From a bacterium (GTDB lineage Bacteria > JAHJDO01): a DNA stretch of 64,000 nt. The DNA lies in NCBI GenBank assembly GCA_043824255.1, contig JBDRTG010000007.1:1641-65640 (forward strand), given 5' to 3'. How positions within the stretch are numbered: the first letter of the stretch is position 1; every line of letters starts with the position of its first letter. The notes under the pieces were generated by a model. That model was not told the origin of the DNA and searched no databases. It worked only from the letters and a program-made list of their open reading frames with translations. Of the stretch, positions 19,373-29,216 are shown piece after piece. The position numbers and the translations under genes are program-made.

Positions 19373-21078
19373 GTTCTAAATCTCATATCTTTTAAATTTA
19401 GTTGCAAGCTTTTCCTGCCCTGCCAAATATTTATCTCTGGAGTATAGATAATATCGATATGGTTTTGACCTCTGTAATTATCCATATAGTCAGCCATTCT
19501 AAATCCAATAGCTTCAAATTGCCTACCTTGTTGAGATAGTATAAGTTTGACATGATTGTCGCCAACTTTTCTGGGAGAAAAGCCTAATTTAAGACCTTTT
19601 GCAATGAATACAGGTTTTGGGTTTCCCATACCATAAGGTTCAAGATGTTCTATTTCAAGTAAAAACTTGTTTGTGATATTAGATGGAGAGAGGGCTAAAT
19701 CTATGCGCAGCTTTGGCTGGAGATGCTCTTTTGTTATTACTCTTGTTCCAATCTGGTTGATTTTGCTTCTAAAGATTCTGATATTATTTTTATTAATTGT
19801 CACACCTGCAGCATAAGAATGTCCACCGAATCTAATCAAGCAGTCTTTACATTCCCGAAGAGCATCAACAAGATTAAAGCCTGATATGCTTCTTCCAGAG
19901 CCTTTTGCCTCTTCTTTGTTGGTACATACAAGAATTGCAGGCCGATAGAAAATTTCTACAAGTCTTTGTGCAACTATGCCTATAACTCCCTCATGCCACT
20001 CATCACTTCCAAGCACAATAACAGGTTCGTTATCCAGGTCAACTGAGTCTTTTACCATTTCAATAGCGTTGGCAAGAACCTCTTTCTCTATTTCCTGTCT
20101 GTTGATGTTTTCTGTACAAAGGGACCTGGCTTTTTTGGATGCAGCTTCCTGAGAATTTGTTGTAAGAAGCGTAACACTTTCCCGAGCGCTCTGCATTCTG
20201 CCTGCAGCATTAAGTCTTGGAGCTAGCATAAATGCCACTTGCCCGCTGGATATGTTGTTCTGTTTTAGTCCGGATTCTTTAATTAGTGTCTTAAGTCCAA
20301 TATTTTCTGAGGTTTTTAGTTTTGAGATTCCGAGTTTGACGATTATTCTATTATCCCCCAAGAGAGGCACAACATCTGCTATGGTGCCTATTGCTGCAAG
20401 ATCCATGTATTTAAGGATTCCCTCAGAAGATATATCTCCAAGAAGATGCTTTGCCAGCACTCTGCATAACTGAAATACAACACCCACCCCAGCAAGTTCA
20501 GAAAAAGGATATTTAGAATCATTTCTTTTTGGATTAACTATAGGGTATTTTTGCGACATGGGAATTTCAACAGTATGATGGTCTGTAATGATAACGTCTG
20601 TCCCCATGCTGATTGCAGCCTTGCCCTCTTCAATAGAATTTGTCCCACAGTCAACAGTAATAATAAGCTTTGTGCCCTTTTTGCATAAGTCTTTAATTAT
20701 ATTAGTATTAAGCCCATAACCTTCATTCATCCTATTTGGAATATAGAAATCAATATCTGCGCCAGAATCCTTTAAAAATCTATATAACAGAGCAGTAGAG
20801 GTTATTCCATCAGCATCATAGTCTCCATAAATAGTTATTCTTTCCTTATGTTTAATTGCCTTTAGAATTCTCTTTACGCCTGTTTCTACATCAGGCAGTA
20901 AAAATGGGTCTGATAACGCGCTTATTGCAGTGTATAAAAAACTCTCTGCAGCAGGAATGTCCTTTATCCCTCGATTTATAAGGATTTGAGACGTATTTGG
21001 CATAATGCCCAGCTTATCTGATAATTCTCTCTGCAGCTCTATATTAGACTCGTATATTTCCCATGTATAATTTTTCAA
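19369..21078 (-). CDS. recJ: Single-stranded-DNA-specific exonuclease RecJ
   Basis: DHH motifs [14 protein letters not shown] and VIITDHHTV, a DHHA1 region, 569 aa. Confidence 0.9.
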   Translation of the reverse strand: MKNYTWEIYESNIELQRELSDKLGIMPNTSQILINRGIKDIPAAESFLYTAISALSDPFLLPDVETGVKRILKAIKHKERITIYGDYDADGITSTALLYRFLKDSGADIDFYIPNRMNEGYGLNTNIIKDLCKKGTKLIITVDCGTNSIEEGKAAISMGTDVIITDHHTVEIPMSQKYPIVNPKRNDSKYPFSELAGVGVVFQLCRVLAKHLLGDISSEGILKYMDLAAIGTIADVVPLLGDNRIIVKLGISKLKTSENIGLKTLIKESGLKQNNISSGQVAFMLAPRLNAAGRMQSARESVTLLTTNSQEAASKKARSLCTENINRQEIEKEVLANAIEMVKDSVDLDNEPVIVLGSDEWHEGVIGIVAQRLVEIFYRPAILVCTNKEEAKGSGRSISGFNLVDALRECKDCLIRFGGHSYAAGVTINKNNIRIFRSKINQIGTRVITKEHLQPKLRIDLALSPSNITNKFLLEIEHLEPYGMGNPKPVFIAKGLKLGFSPRKVGDNHVKLILSQQGRQFEAIGFRMADYMDNYRGQNHIDIIYTPEINIWQGRKSLQLNLKDMRFRT

Positions 21079-21088
21079 AGCAGTTTCC

Positions 21089-21931
21089 TTATTTTTGTTG
21101 TTTAATGTAATTACTCAGGTCTGCCAGTTCAGACATTGAGAGTTTTTCTGCACGAATACTCAGAGATAACTTAAAATACTTAAAGGCCTTTTCCAACTCT
21201 TCTCTGTTAATTCCTAAATTGGCATATCTTGATATTGCATTAATGAGCATTTTTCTCCTATACATAAAACCTGCCCGGATGATATCAAAAAACAATTTTT
21301 CGTTTTTTACTTTAACTGGCGGTTCATCTAAAAGGGTAAATTTTACCAGAGCAGAATCCACATCTGGCTGAGGGTAAAAAGTAGTCTTTTTTATATATTT
21401 AACAATCTCTACTCTGCACCTATATTGCACAAAGATTGATAGAGAGCCATAAGCTTTGGATCCTGGCTTAGCCGTAAGTCTTTGCGCCACTTCTTTCTGG
21501 ATCATTAGTACGAAAAGTTCTGGGCTTTGAGTAATGGCCAGAAGAAATAATATAACAGGCGTTGTAATATAATAAGGTATATTCCCTACTACTCTATAAT
21601 TTCCATGAATATTGAAACTGGTTTTTAAGATATCATTATTAATGAATTCAATGTTGTTATATGCTGAGAGCAAGTTTTTTGAAATATCAAGCAGTTTTGT
21701 GTCTGTTTCCACTGCTATTACATTTTTTGCCTTAGTAGCAATAAGGTGCGTTAGAGTTCCCAGCCCTGAGCCGATCTCAACTATAACATCGGTTTTTTTG
21801 ATATTGAGAGTGTTGATTATTATATCAGCTATATTTCTGTCTATAAGAAAGTTCTGCCCAAACTTTTTTTGTGGACGAAGATTGTGTTTTTTGAATTCTT
21901 CCTTAATGCTATTTGGAGAGAAGAAATTCAT
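21089..21931 (-). CDS. rsmA: 16S rRNA (adenine1518/1519-N6)-dimethyltransferase
   Basis: KKFGQNFLIDRNI and the SAM motif VVEIGSGLGTLT. Confidence 0.9.
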   Translation of the reverse strand: MNFFSPNSIKEEFKKHNLRPQKKFGQNFLIDRNIADIIINTLNIKKTDVIVEIGSGLGTLTHLIATKAKNVIAVETDTKLLDISKNLLSAYNNIEFINNDILKTSFNIHGNYRVVGNIPYYITTPVILFLLAITQSPELFVLMIQKEVAQRLTAKPGSKAYGSLSIFVQYRCRVEIVKYIKKTTFYPQPDVDSALVKFTLLDEPPVKVKNEKLFFDIIRAGFMYRRKMLINAISRYANLGINREELEKAFKYFKLSLSIRAEKLSMSELADLSNYIKQQK

Positions 21932-22947
21932 TGCTTGTGAAGAGATTGTTTTATGATAGCCATCTTTGAAGCCATTTTAATTGCTTCTATTAAACTTCTC
22001 TCATTTGCAATGCTCCGCCCAGCTATATCATATGCTGTTCCGTGGTCAGGAGATGTTCTGATAATTGGAAGTCCTATTGTTACGTTAACGCCTTTGCCAA
22101 AAGAGAGCATCTTAAAAGGTATAAGCCCTTGGTCATGATACATTGCCAAAATGAAATCATATTTCTTATACTCAGAACTCGCAAAAAATGCATCAGCAGA
22201 GAAAGGGCCATGGACATTTATGCCACTTTTTAGAGCCTCATTGATTGCTGGTATAATTTCCATTATTTCTTCGTTTCCAATAGCGCCTCCATCTCCGCAA
22301 TGAGGATTTAGGCTAAGTACCGCAATACTTAACTTATGCATGCCAAACAGAAAACTATTCTGATTTATCACATCAATTGCATCGAGTATATACTGTTTTT
22401 TTATTAAATTACTAATGTCTTTTATTTGAACATGTCGTGTTAGGGGAACAATGCGCATTTTCGGGCTTACAAGAACCATTGCATATTTATGCGTACCTGT
22501 GAGTGTTGCCAAGAATTCTGTCTGTCCTTTAAATTTAATACCTGCGGCATTAATTGCATATTTATTTACAGGGGCAGTTACAACTGCATCAATCTCATTA
22601 TTAAGAGCAAATACAGCTGCGTCTTTTAAAAATTCAATAGCAGCTTTGGCTTGTAATGGATTTGGTTTGCCAAGTATTATGTTTTTTAATTTCAAATTCT
22701 GCGAATTAATCAAGTATGCTTTATCAGAACCATTTTTAATGTTTGAGGGATGATTTATGACCTCTATTTCATAGTTAATGCTTATTTTTTTAGTCTTATA
22801 GAGGGCTTCTTCAGTTCCGATTATAATTGGAGTACAGCACTTGTAGACTTGTTCATTAGTTAGAGCCTTTACGACAACCTCCGGACCAATTCCTCCAGGG
22901 TCACCAAGAGTAATTGCAATTATAGGCTTTTGCACAAAATCTCTCAT
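21928..22947 (-). CDS. pdxA: 4-hydroxythreonine-4-phosphate dehydrogenase
   Basis: ITLGDPGGIGPE and SPDHGTAYDIAG. I took the start at the second Met (MRDFVQKP, 22947). The 6 upstream codons overlap the putative 6S RNA 3' end. Confidence 0.9.
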   Translation of the reverse strand: MRDFVQKPIIAITLGDPGGIGPEVVVKALTNEQVYKCCTPIIIGTEEALYKTKKISINYEIEVINHPSNIKNGSDKAYLINSQNLKLKNIILGKPNPLQAKAAIEFLKDAAVFALNNEIDAVVTAPVNKYAINAAGIKFKGQTEFLATLTGTHKYAMVLVSPKMRIVPLTRHVQIKDISNLIKKQYILDAIDVINQNSFLFGMHKLSIAVLSLNPHCGDGGAIGNEEIMEIIPAINEALKSGINVHGPFSADAFFASSEYKKYDFILAMYHDQGLIPFKMLSFGKGVNVTIGLPIIRTSPDHGTAYDIAGRSIANERSLIEAIKMASKMAIIKQSLHKQ

Positions 22948-23121
22948 AAAAAAATTCCCCGCCAAATGCCGTCTAAATAGGGTCGTTTTGAAGCCGCTAA
23001 GGCCACGTGGGTGCTCTCTTAAATGTTCAATGCAATTGCATATCCCACCAAATACGAACTCCCATTTTCTTACTGTTGGCTCAAAATAACCAAACTTATA
23101 ACAAACACAGCAGGGAATATT
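22948..23121 (-). ncRNA. ssrS: Probable 6S RNA
   Basis: The region lies downstream of zapA, which is the conserved zapA-ssrS synteny. An extended -10 (TGTTATAAT, -10 hexamer at 23132-23127 on the minus strand) sits about 7 nt upstream. The RNA would be about 174 nt. The 5' AUUCCCUGC pairs with the 3' GCGGGGAAU as a closing stem. An internal helix pairs GGUUAUUUUGAGCC with GGCUUCAAAACGACC. A large asymmetric central bubble is followed by GUGGG/CCCAC and an apical UGCAAUUGCA. The RNA ends in U7. Confidence 0.55.
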
Positions 23122-23162
23122 AAGTCATTATAACACAATTTATGATTATTTAAAGAGAAAAT

Positions 23163-23444
23163 TTATGTTTCCAGATTTGTTTTGTCTATTTTCTCAATTA
23201 TATCATCAATTTTTTGTGCATGTTTTTCGTTTTTTTCTTTATATGAAAGGAATTCTTCTGTAATAAATAAGGCAGCCCAAGTAGTGATTTTAAGAGATGA
23301 TGCTATATGTGTGTTGTTGGAGATTTCGCTTATTTTATTATTCAGATACTCTTCAATTTTTCGAATCTGGGACGGGTCTTTATCAGTCTTAACTTTATAT
23401 TCTGTGCCAAGTACACTGATTTTTATCTGTTGTTGATCTGACAT
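23163..23444 (-). CDS. zapA: Cell division protein ZapA
   Basis: The 93-aa protein reads IKISVLGTEYKVKTD...IRKIEEYLNNKISEI, typical ZapA layout with a C-terminal coiled coil. Confidence 0.7.
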   Translation of the reverse strand: MSDQQQIKISVLGTEYKVKTDKDPSQIRKIEEYLNNKISEISNNTHIASSLKITTWAALFITEEFLSYKEKNEKHAQKIDDIIEKIDKTNLET

Positions 23445-23477
23445 AAATGATCTTTCACATCATATATAAGAAACTTA

Positions 23478-23885
23478 CTATCTCTTAGTAAATTGAAACT
23501 GTTTACGCGCGCCCTTTTGTCCGTATTTCTTTCTTTCTTTCTTTCTCGGATCACGGGTAAGGAACCCTGCTTTCTTTAAAGTATCCTTTAATCCTTCATC
23601 AGCCTTTACTAATGCTCTTGATATACCATGGCGAACTGCGCCTGCCTGACCAGAGCTTCCTCCGCCTTTAACACTTGCAAAGATATGATATTTTTCAAGA
23701 GTATTTGTTTCATGAAATGGCTGGCATATAATTATGCTTAATGTATCATTCCCAAAATAATCCTTATAAGGTTTTTTATTTATTATTATTTCTCCTTTTC
23801 CTTGAATTAATCTTATACGAGCGACAGATGTTTTTCGCCTGCCAGTAGAGTAGAATACTTGTTTTGCTTTCGCTGCTTTCGCCAC
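23478..23885 (-). CDS. rpsI: 30S ribosomal protein S9
   Basis: [12 protein letters not shown]...[19 protein letters not shown]...[18 protein letters not shown], with a GTG start. Confidence 0.95.
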   Translation of the reverse strand: MAKAAKAKQVFYSTGRRKTSVARIRLIQGKGEIIINKKPYKDYFGNDTLSIIICQPFHETNTLEKYHIFASVKGGGSSGQAGAVRHGISRALVKADEGLKDTLKKAGFLTRDPRKKERKKYGQKGARKQFQFTKR

Positions 23886-23897
23886 AATAGATCTCCT

Positions 23898-24341
23898 TTA
23901 TATTTCCATTTCTGCTGGGACAGGAACAGGTTTTTGAGCTTCCTGATTATGCTCTTTATCTGGATAGACCTTTAATTTTGTCAGCATTTTTCTACCGAGT
24001 TTATTTTTAGGAAGCATGCCTTTAACAGCTCTTTTTATAACTTCCTCCGGTTTTTTTTTCATCAGGTCAAAAAGGCGTGTCTCTTTAAGGCCTCCCGGAT
24101 ATCCTGAGTAGTGATAATAAACTTTTTGTTCCAGTTTTTTACCTGTTAGGCGAACTTTAGCCGCATTAATAACAATTACATAGTCTCCAACATCAGCATG
24201 AGGGACATATATAGGTTTATGTTTCCCTCTGAGTATAGTTGCAACTTTAGACGCCAATCTCCCTAGAACCTTATCTTCTGCATTTACAATATACCATATT
24301 CTTTCTGTATTATCTTCTTTAGGAATAAATGTCTTTACCAT
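23898..24341 (-). CDS. rplM: 50S ribosomal protein L13
   Basis: [28 protein letters not shown]...[10 protein letters not shown]. Confidence 0.95.
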   Translation of the reverse strand: MVKTFIPKEDNTERIWYIVNAEDKVLGRLASKVATILRGKHKPIYVPHADVGDYVIVINAAKVRLTGKKLEQKVYYHYSGYPGGLKETRLFDLMKKKPEEVIKRAVKGMLPKNKLGRKMLTKLKVYPDKEHNQEAQKPVPVPAEMEI

Positions 24342-24353
24342 CTTGATCTCCTA

Positions 24354-24698
24354 TTACCCATTTTTGATTTTATCTAAAAATTCGTTTTCATTAAAGTCAG
24401 GGTCATATATTGTGTTTTTTAGCTCATGTACCGGATGCAATTTTTGCATATGAGTTAATAGCTTTAATCGTTTCAGCGCTTTATCCTTTTTGAATAATTT
24501 CTTTCCTTGAGGTGTCTCAGCATCTATTTCGAGGAGTCCAGTCTGGATATAATTTTGGATTGAAAAAAAAGAAATTTTTGTCTCTGTCACAAGCTCTCTA
24601 TCCTCAATGTAACCCCTTCGTTTTCTCTCAGCAATGGGCACATTTAATTCCTGAAAACCCTTGCTTTTCCTCATGTCTCTATCAGTTTTAATAGCCAT
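24354..24698 (-). CDS. Hypothetical 114-aa protein, weak MerR-like HTH resemblance
   Basis: The ORF fills the whole clpP-rplM gap. The segment FSIQNYIQTGLLEID...GKKLF..D.ALKRLKLL loosely follows the MerR pattern (L..Y...GLL......g...f....l.rL..I). Confidence 0.35.
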   Translation of the reverse strand: MAIKTDRDMRKSKGFQELNVPIAERKRRGYIEDRELVTETKISFFSIQNYIQTGLLEIDAETPQGKKLFKKDKALKRLKLLTHMQKLHPVHELKNTIYDPDFNENEFLDKIKNG

Positions 24699-24703
24699 TA
24701 ACT

Positions 24704-25288
24704 TTACTTCTTCTTCGTGATTACCTCATCAATAATACCATACTGCTTGGCTTGTTCAGCTGACATAAAGAAGTCTCTATCTGTATCAGTTTCTATTTTT
24801 TCTATTGGCTGTCCTGTATGTTTTGCGAGAATATTATTTACTTTCTCTTTTAAGTCAAGCATTTCTTTTGCATGAATATTAATATCTGACACCTGTCCCT
24901 GCATAGCTCCTGAAGGTTGATGAATAAGAACACGTGCATTCGGGAGAGACATTCTTTTTCCTTTTGTCCCTGCAGCGAGTAATATGGCAGCGGCACTTGC
25001 TGCCTGCCCCATGCAAATAGTAGAAATATCTGATTTCACGAACTGCATAGTGTCGTATATCGCTAATCCCGCAGTAGCTACTCCTCCGGGACTGTTTATA
25101 TAAATGGTTATGTCTTTATCCGGAGCTTCAAATTCCAGATACAATATCTGCGCAATTACAACATTAGCTACGTTATCATCTATAGGAGTTCCAATAATTA
25201 TATTTCTGTCTTTTAATAATCTTGAATAAATGTCATATGCACGTTCGGTTCTGCCTGTCTGCTCTATTACCATTGGAATTAAACTCAT
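24704..25288 (-). CDS. clpP: ATP-dependent Clp protease proteolytic subunit
   Basis: Catalytic Ser in [12 protein letters not shown], His in RVLIHQPSG, and Asp in TDRDFFMSA. Confidence 0.95.
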   Translation of the reverse strand: MSLIPMVIEQTGRTERAYDIYSRLLKDRNIIIGTPIDDNVANVVIAQILYLEFEAPDKDITIYINSPGGVATAGLAIYDTMQFVKSDISTICMGQAASAAAILLAAGTKGKRMSLPNARVLIHQPSGAMQGQVSDINIHAKEMLDLKEKVNNILAKHTGQPIEKIETDTDRDFFMSAEQAKQYGIIDEVITKKK

Positions 25289-25321
25289 AACACTACCTCC
25301 ATCAGGCTACGTGCCTGCAGC

Positions 25322-25362
25322 AATTATTAATTTTAAATTCTTAATTTCAAATTGAAATTTTG
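25322..25362. repeat. AT-rich repeat tract overlapping the tig 3' end
   Basis: aattattaattttaaattcttaatttcaaattgaaatttt. The last tig codons (K-I-S-I-stop) are read from it. Confidence 0.6.
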
Positions 25363-26564
25363 GCGTTTTCGTATATAAAGTCAAGAATTTTCTGTCTTTT
25401 CATTTGCCTTTGTATATATTCAATGTAGTTGTCCATATTGGCTGTTTTATTATCGCCTGCCAGATTCTGAAGCTTTTGCTTTGCGTCTTCTTCACTAACA
25501 TCTATTTTTTCTTTTTCAGCAATCTCCTCCAGAACAAGCATTTTTTTTACGTCCATAGTTGCTTCTTTTGAATATTTCTCTTTCCATTTATTCTTGTCAG
25601 TGTCTTTTTCTCTTCTGCTGGTACCTATATAATCTATTTGTTTATCTAAAAGTCCTCCCGGAATTAACATCTTAGAGTTTTCACTAACTATGTCTAATAA
25701 TTGTTCTTTAATATCTGCTTTTTGTTTGTCTTCAGCAACGCTTTTAAGTTTCTTCCGAATATCATCTTTGAACTCATTAAGGGTTTTAAAATTACCCAAT
25801 TCCTTTGCAAAATCGTCGTTAATCGGTAGAAGCTTTTTCTCTTTTACCTGTCTAATAGTTATTTTATAAATAGTTTTTATGCCTTTTTCTTTTGAAATTA
25901 CTTCAACTTCTTTCTTATCGTCTATTTTTGTCCCAACGAGTTCTTTTTCTACTTTTTCAGGAAGAATTTTAGAACCTAATACATATGGAGCATTAGCCTG
26001 TTTTTTTGATGGTACACCATCAGTGATTAGCTCATAATCTATTATTATTTGATCACTGACTTTTGCAGGCCGATTGACCGGAACAAATTCCGCGCCCTGC
26101 TCTTGTCTCACTTTCAATGCATTGTTAACGTCATCATCAGAAACATTAACAGATTTTACAGACATTTCTAGTCCTTTGTAATTGGCAAGTTTTATATCAG
26201 GCTTTACTTCTAAAGACATCTCATAGGTAAATGGCTTTTCTTCTTCAAAAGTGACCTTATCTATCTTGGGCTCAGAAACAGGGATTAGATTATTATTTTT
26301 AAGTATATCCTGATAAGTTTGATTAATGAGTTTCTCCTTAATTTCCTCCTTTAGTACTTTCTCGAAGCGGATCTTTAAAATAGAATATGGGGTTTTGCCT
26401 GTCCTGAATCCATGTACGGATGCAGTCTTTTGGAGGGCTTTATATGCATTTTTTGCCTCTTTCTCAACTAGTTCAACAGGCACTTCAATCTTTAAGAGAC
26501 GGCCGCAATTTCCAATATCCTGTATATCCACCTTAACATCGTTACTGCTGCTAGTATCTGTCAT
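25347..26564 (-). CDS. tig: Trigger factor
   Basis: The 405-aa protein has the N-terminal ribosome-binding motif GFRTGKTP, a central PPIase-like region, and sits upstream of clpP. Confidence 0.9.
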   Translation of the reverse strand: MTDTSSSNDVKVDIQDIGNCGRLLKIEVPVELVEKEAKNAYKALQKTASVHGFRTGKTPYSILKIRFEKVLKEEIKEKLINQTYQDILKNNNLIPVSEPKIDKVTFEEEKPFTYEMSLEVKPDIKLANYKGLEMSVKSVNVSDDDVNNALKVRQEQGAEFVPVNRPAKVSDQIIIDYELITDGVPSKKQANAPYVLGSKILPEKVEKELVGTKIDDKKEVEVISKEKGIKTIYKITIRQVKEKKLLPINDDFAKELGNFKTLNEFKDDIRKKLKSVAEDKQKADIKEQLLDIVSENSKMLIPGGLLDKQIDYIGTSRREKDTDKNKWKEKYSKEATMDVKKMLVLEEIAEKEKIDVSEEDAKQKLQNLAGDNKTANMDNYIEYIQRQMKRQKILDFIYENAKISI

Positions 26565-26610
26565 TGTTCCTTCCTTGTTTTATTCTTCTAGTTCAAAATC
26601 CTTCCGTCAG

Positions 26611-26682
26611 AGCGGGTGATGAGATTCGAACCCACGACCACTTCGTTGGCAACGAAGGGCTCTACCACTGAGCTACACCCGC
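26611..26682 (-). tRNA. tRNA-Gly (GCC)
   Basis: Minus strand GCGGGTGTAGCTCAGTGGTAGAGCCCTTCGTTGCCAACGAAGTGGTCGTGGGTTCGAATCTCATCACCCGCT folds as a cloverleaf. The anticodon loop is TTGCCAA. CCA is not encoded. Confidence 0.9.
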
Positions 26683-26696
26683 GTAAAACTTACCAG

Positions 26697-26780
26697 TGCG
26701 AGAGGCGGGAGTTGAACCCGCATCCCTGTAAAGGGACTAGATCCTAAATCTAGCGCGTATGCCAGTTCCGCCACCCTCGC
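26697..26780 (-). tRNA. tRNA-Leu (TAG)
   Basis: Minus strand GCGAGGGTGGCGGAACTGGCATACGCGCTAGATTTAGGATCTAG...GGGTTCAACTCCCGCCTCTCGCA has a long variable arm and the anticodon loop TTTAGGA. Confidence 0.9.
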
Positions 26781-26786
26781 TCTTAG

Positions 26787-26859
26787 TAGGCCGTGAGGGA
26801 ATCGAACCCACAACCAACGGATTAAGAGTCCGCTGCTCTGCCAATTGAGCTAACGACCC
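26787..26859 (-). tRNA. tRNA-Lys (CTT)
   Basis: Minus strand GGGTCGTTAGCTCAATTGGCAGAGCAGCGGACTCTTAATCCGTTGGTTGTGGGTTCGATTCCCTCACGGCCTA has the anticodon loop CTCTTAA. There is one T-T mismatch in the T stem. Confidence 0.85.
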
Positions 26860-26966
26860 CAATAATTTTGTTATTATACAGATTTTTTTAATGATGGCAA
26901 TGGAAAGTTTCGGGAGTTACCCTATTTTTTATTGACCTGTGTAAATGCCTTTGATAGTATACGATT

Positions 26967-27845
26967 ATGCCAAAAAGGATTAAAAAAACCGGGCTAAAGT
27001 TTGTTTTAGTTTTACTAATATCATTATTTATTTGCAGTATAACACATGCTGAAGAGACAGTAATAAAATCATTAGACCTCGGATTTATACCATTTAAATC
27101 CTTTGAAGAAGCAGCAAAACCCTTCCTATCCAAAGAGGGGAAAATGGTCTATTTTGCACCTACAAATAAAATTGTAGTAGTTGATTATCCTAAAAACTGT
27201 AAGAATATTTCTGATCTATTAACAAATCTACAAATGAACATTAAAAACGTGGAAATAAAAGTAGAATTTATTGAACATTCCTTAGAGAATGTTTCAGAAG
27301 CTAAGGCAAAAGCCAGATACAGTGAAAAAAACTGGGAAATTACTACTGGTGGTATGGCTGTTGGAACTGATAATAGAGGATTCCATGGAACTTTTTCGGC
27401 GGGAATTGGAAAGGAAAAATCTGAGCGCGCTACAACCCAGATAATATCAGTTCTTGATAGACATACAGGTCGGTTCCTTGTAGTTGAGGAATACCCACAA
27501 TTGGAGTGGTTTAGAACCTATGGAATAGCTAATCATTTGATTGACGCAGGACTTACTTACAAAAGTATTGGGGCAAAACTTGCTGTTATGCCTGTGGTTC
27601 AAGGTAATCTCATAAAAGTATCACTGACTCCAGAATTGAGCTATTTTACAGATAGGGGAACTAAAACTGTAAAAGTTAATACATTAACTACTACAGTTGT
27701 TGTTCGCAGTGGACAGTCAATATGCATTGGAGGATATTCTTCAAGTAATAAGGATTTTTCAATGCATTTCTTCAGAAAAATCGGCAAGTCCGGTAAAATT
27801 GTAACCTTCGATATTATCCTGACTCCAAAAATAAAGGAACCATAA
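26967..27845 (+). CDS. Small secretin-like outer-membrane protein (secretin N-domain plus degenerate C-domain)
   Basis: Signal peptide, then a NolW-like N-domain (MVYFAPTNKIVVVDYPKNCKNISDLLTNL). The C-terminal VVVRSGQSICIGGY...IILTPKI mimics the secretin core but lacks the P.L..IP.LG.LF motif. Only 292 aa. Confidence 0.45.
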   Translation: MPKRIKKTGLKFVLVLLISLFICSITHAEETVIKSLDLGFIPFKSFEEAAKPFLSKEGKMVYFAPTNKIVVVDYPKNCKNISDLLTNLQMNIKNVEIKVEFIEHSLENVSEAKAKARYSEKNWEITTGGMAVGTDNRGFHGTFSAGIGKEKSERATTQIISVLDRHTGRFLVVEEYPQLEWFRTYGIANHLIDAGLTYKSIGAKLAVMPVVQGNLIKVSLTPELSYFTDRGTKTVKVNTLTTTVVVRSGQSICIGGYSSSNKDFSMHFFRKIGKSGKIVTFDIILTPKIKEP

Positions 27846-27858
27846 AGGTTTTTAAGTT

Positions 27859-28611
27859 TTACTGTTTTACTATTGCCTTCGTCGGGCATTTTTTAATACA
27901 TTCGCCGCAGTTGGTGCATTTTTTGGGGTCTATTACTGCTAGATTGTTCTCTAAGGTTATTGCATCTAGCGGACATGCCTTAATGCATACGCCACATCCA
28001 ATACAGGCAGCTTTACAAACTGCTCTTGCGTCTTTTCCCTTATCTCTGTTGCTGCACACAACATAAACTTCCTGATTTTTGGGAACAAGTTTAATAATAT
28101 TTTTTGGACATACTTCTATGCATTTTTCACACATTTTACAAAGGTCTTTGTCAAATACAGGTATGCCTTGTTTAAGAGAAATTGCTCCAAATGGACATAT
28201 TTTAGCGCAATCCCCAAACCCTAGGCATCCATAATCGCATGAGTTGTTTCCACCACTGAGGAGCATAGCAGCTTTACATGTTTTAATACCAATATAAAGA
28301 AATTTTCTCTGCTGATTAGCAGTCCTTTGACACAGGAGAATCGGGGAAGTTTTGGAAATTAGTTCTGTCTCTTTTTTATCCATAAGCACACATTCGTCAG
28401 GTAAAGCTTTGCCATCTGCAACGGCTCTGGCAAAGCCCATACAGCCTGTAAACCCACACGCACCGCAGTTGCTTCCCGGCAGATTATCTATGATGCTTTT
28501 GAGTTTTGGATCAATCCTTACCGCGAATTTTCTTGATGCATAGCCAAGTACAAGACCAAAGACCAGTCCAAGTCCTCCAAGAAGCAGAGTTGCTGTTAAA
28601 ATGGTTTGCAT
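27859..28611 (-). CDS. rnfB: Rnf complex subunit B (polyferredoxin)
   Basis: N-terminal TM helix, CGACGFTGC, and several CxxCxxCxxxCP motifs. I took the start at MQTILTA (28611), downstream of the rnfA stop. Confidence 0.9.
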   Translation of the reverse strand: MQTILTATLLLGGLGLVFGLVLGYASRKFAVRIDPKLKSIIDNLPGSNCGACGFTGCMGFARAVADGKALPDECVLMDKKETELISKTSPILLCQRTANQQRKFLYIGIKTCKAAMLLSGGNNSCDYGCLGFGDCAKICPFGAISLKQGIPVFDKDLCKMCEKCIEVCPKNIIKLVPKNQEVYVVCSNRDKGKDARAVCKAACIGCGVCIKACPLDAITLENNLAVIDPKKCTNCGECIKKCPTKAIVKQ

Positions 28612-28625
28612 ATTGAACCTTTTTA

Positions 28626-29213
28626 TTATTGAGAAACTAAACCGGTAAATCCCATAAAAGCAAGTGACATTAAACCAGCTATGATAAACGCAATTGGTAT
28701 ACCTCTCATGCACTCAGGCACGTCGGTTATATCCAGCCTTTCCCTTATTGCAGACATAAGAAGTAATGCAATAGTAAAACCCACACCAGCGCCCAGACCA
28801 TTTATAATACTACCTATAAAACCAAGATTAGAATCACTATTAATTGTTGCTACACCGAGAACAGCACAGTTTGTAGTAATAAGAGGAAGGTATATTCCCA
28901 ATGCTTGTTGAAGAGCAGGGCTTATTTTAGCAATGACCATTTCCACAAACTGAACCAGTGTTGCAATAACGAGAATAAAGGTAATTGTTTGTAAAAATGT
29001 TATATTTAATGGGATTAACAAGTAATGCTGTATAACCCATGTAGCCATTGATGCAATGGTCATGACAAAAATTACAGCCATCCCCATTCCAAATGCAGCG
29101 GAACTTTTTTTAGAAACACCTAAGAATGGGCATATGCCAAGAAATCTATTTAATACATAGTTATTTACCAGAGCTGCAGAAAGGAATATTATAAATAATT
29201 TAGTAAAAAGCAT
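28626..29213 (-). CDS. rnfA: Rnf complex subunit A
   Basis: A 195-aa six-TM protein with NNYVLNRFLGICPFLGVS. Confidence 0.9.
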   Translation of the reverse strand: MLFTKLFIIFLSAALVNNYVLNRFLGICPFLGVSKKSSAAFGMGMAVIFVMTIASMATWVIQHYLLIPLNITFLQTITFILVIATLVQFVEMVIAKISPALQQALGIYLPLITTNCAVLGVATINSDSNLGFIGSIINGLGAGVGFTIALLLMSAIRERLDITDVPECMRGIPIAFIIAGLMSLAFMGFTGLVSQ

Positions 29214-29216
29214 CGT

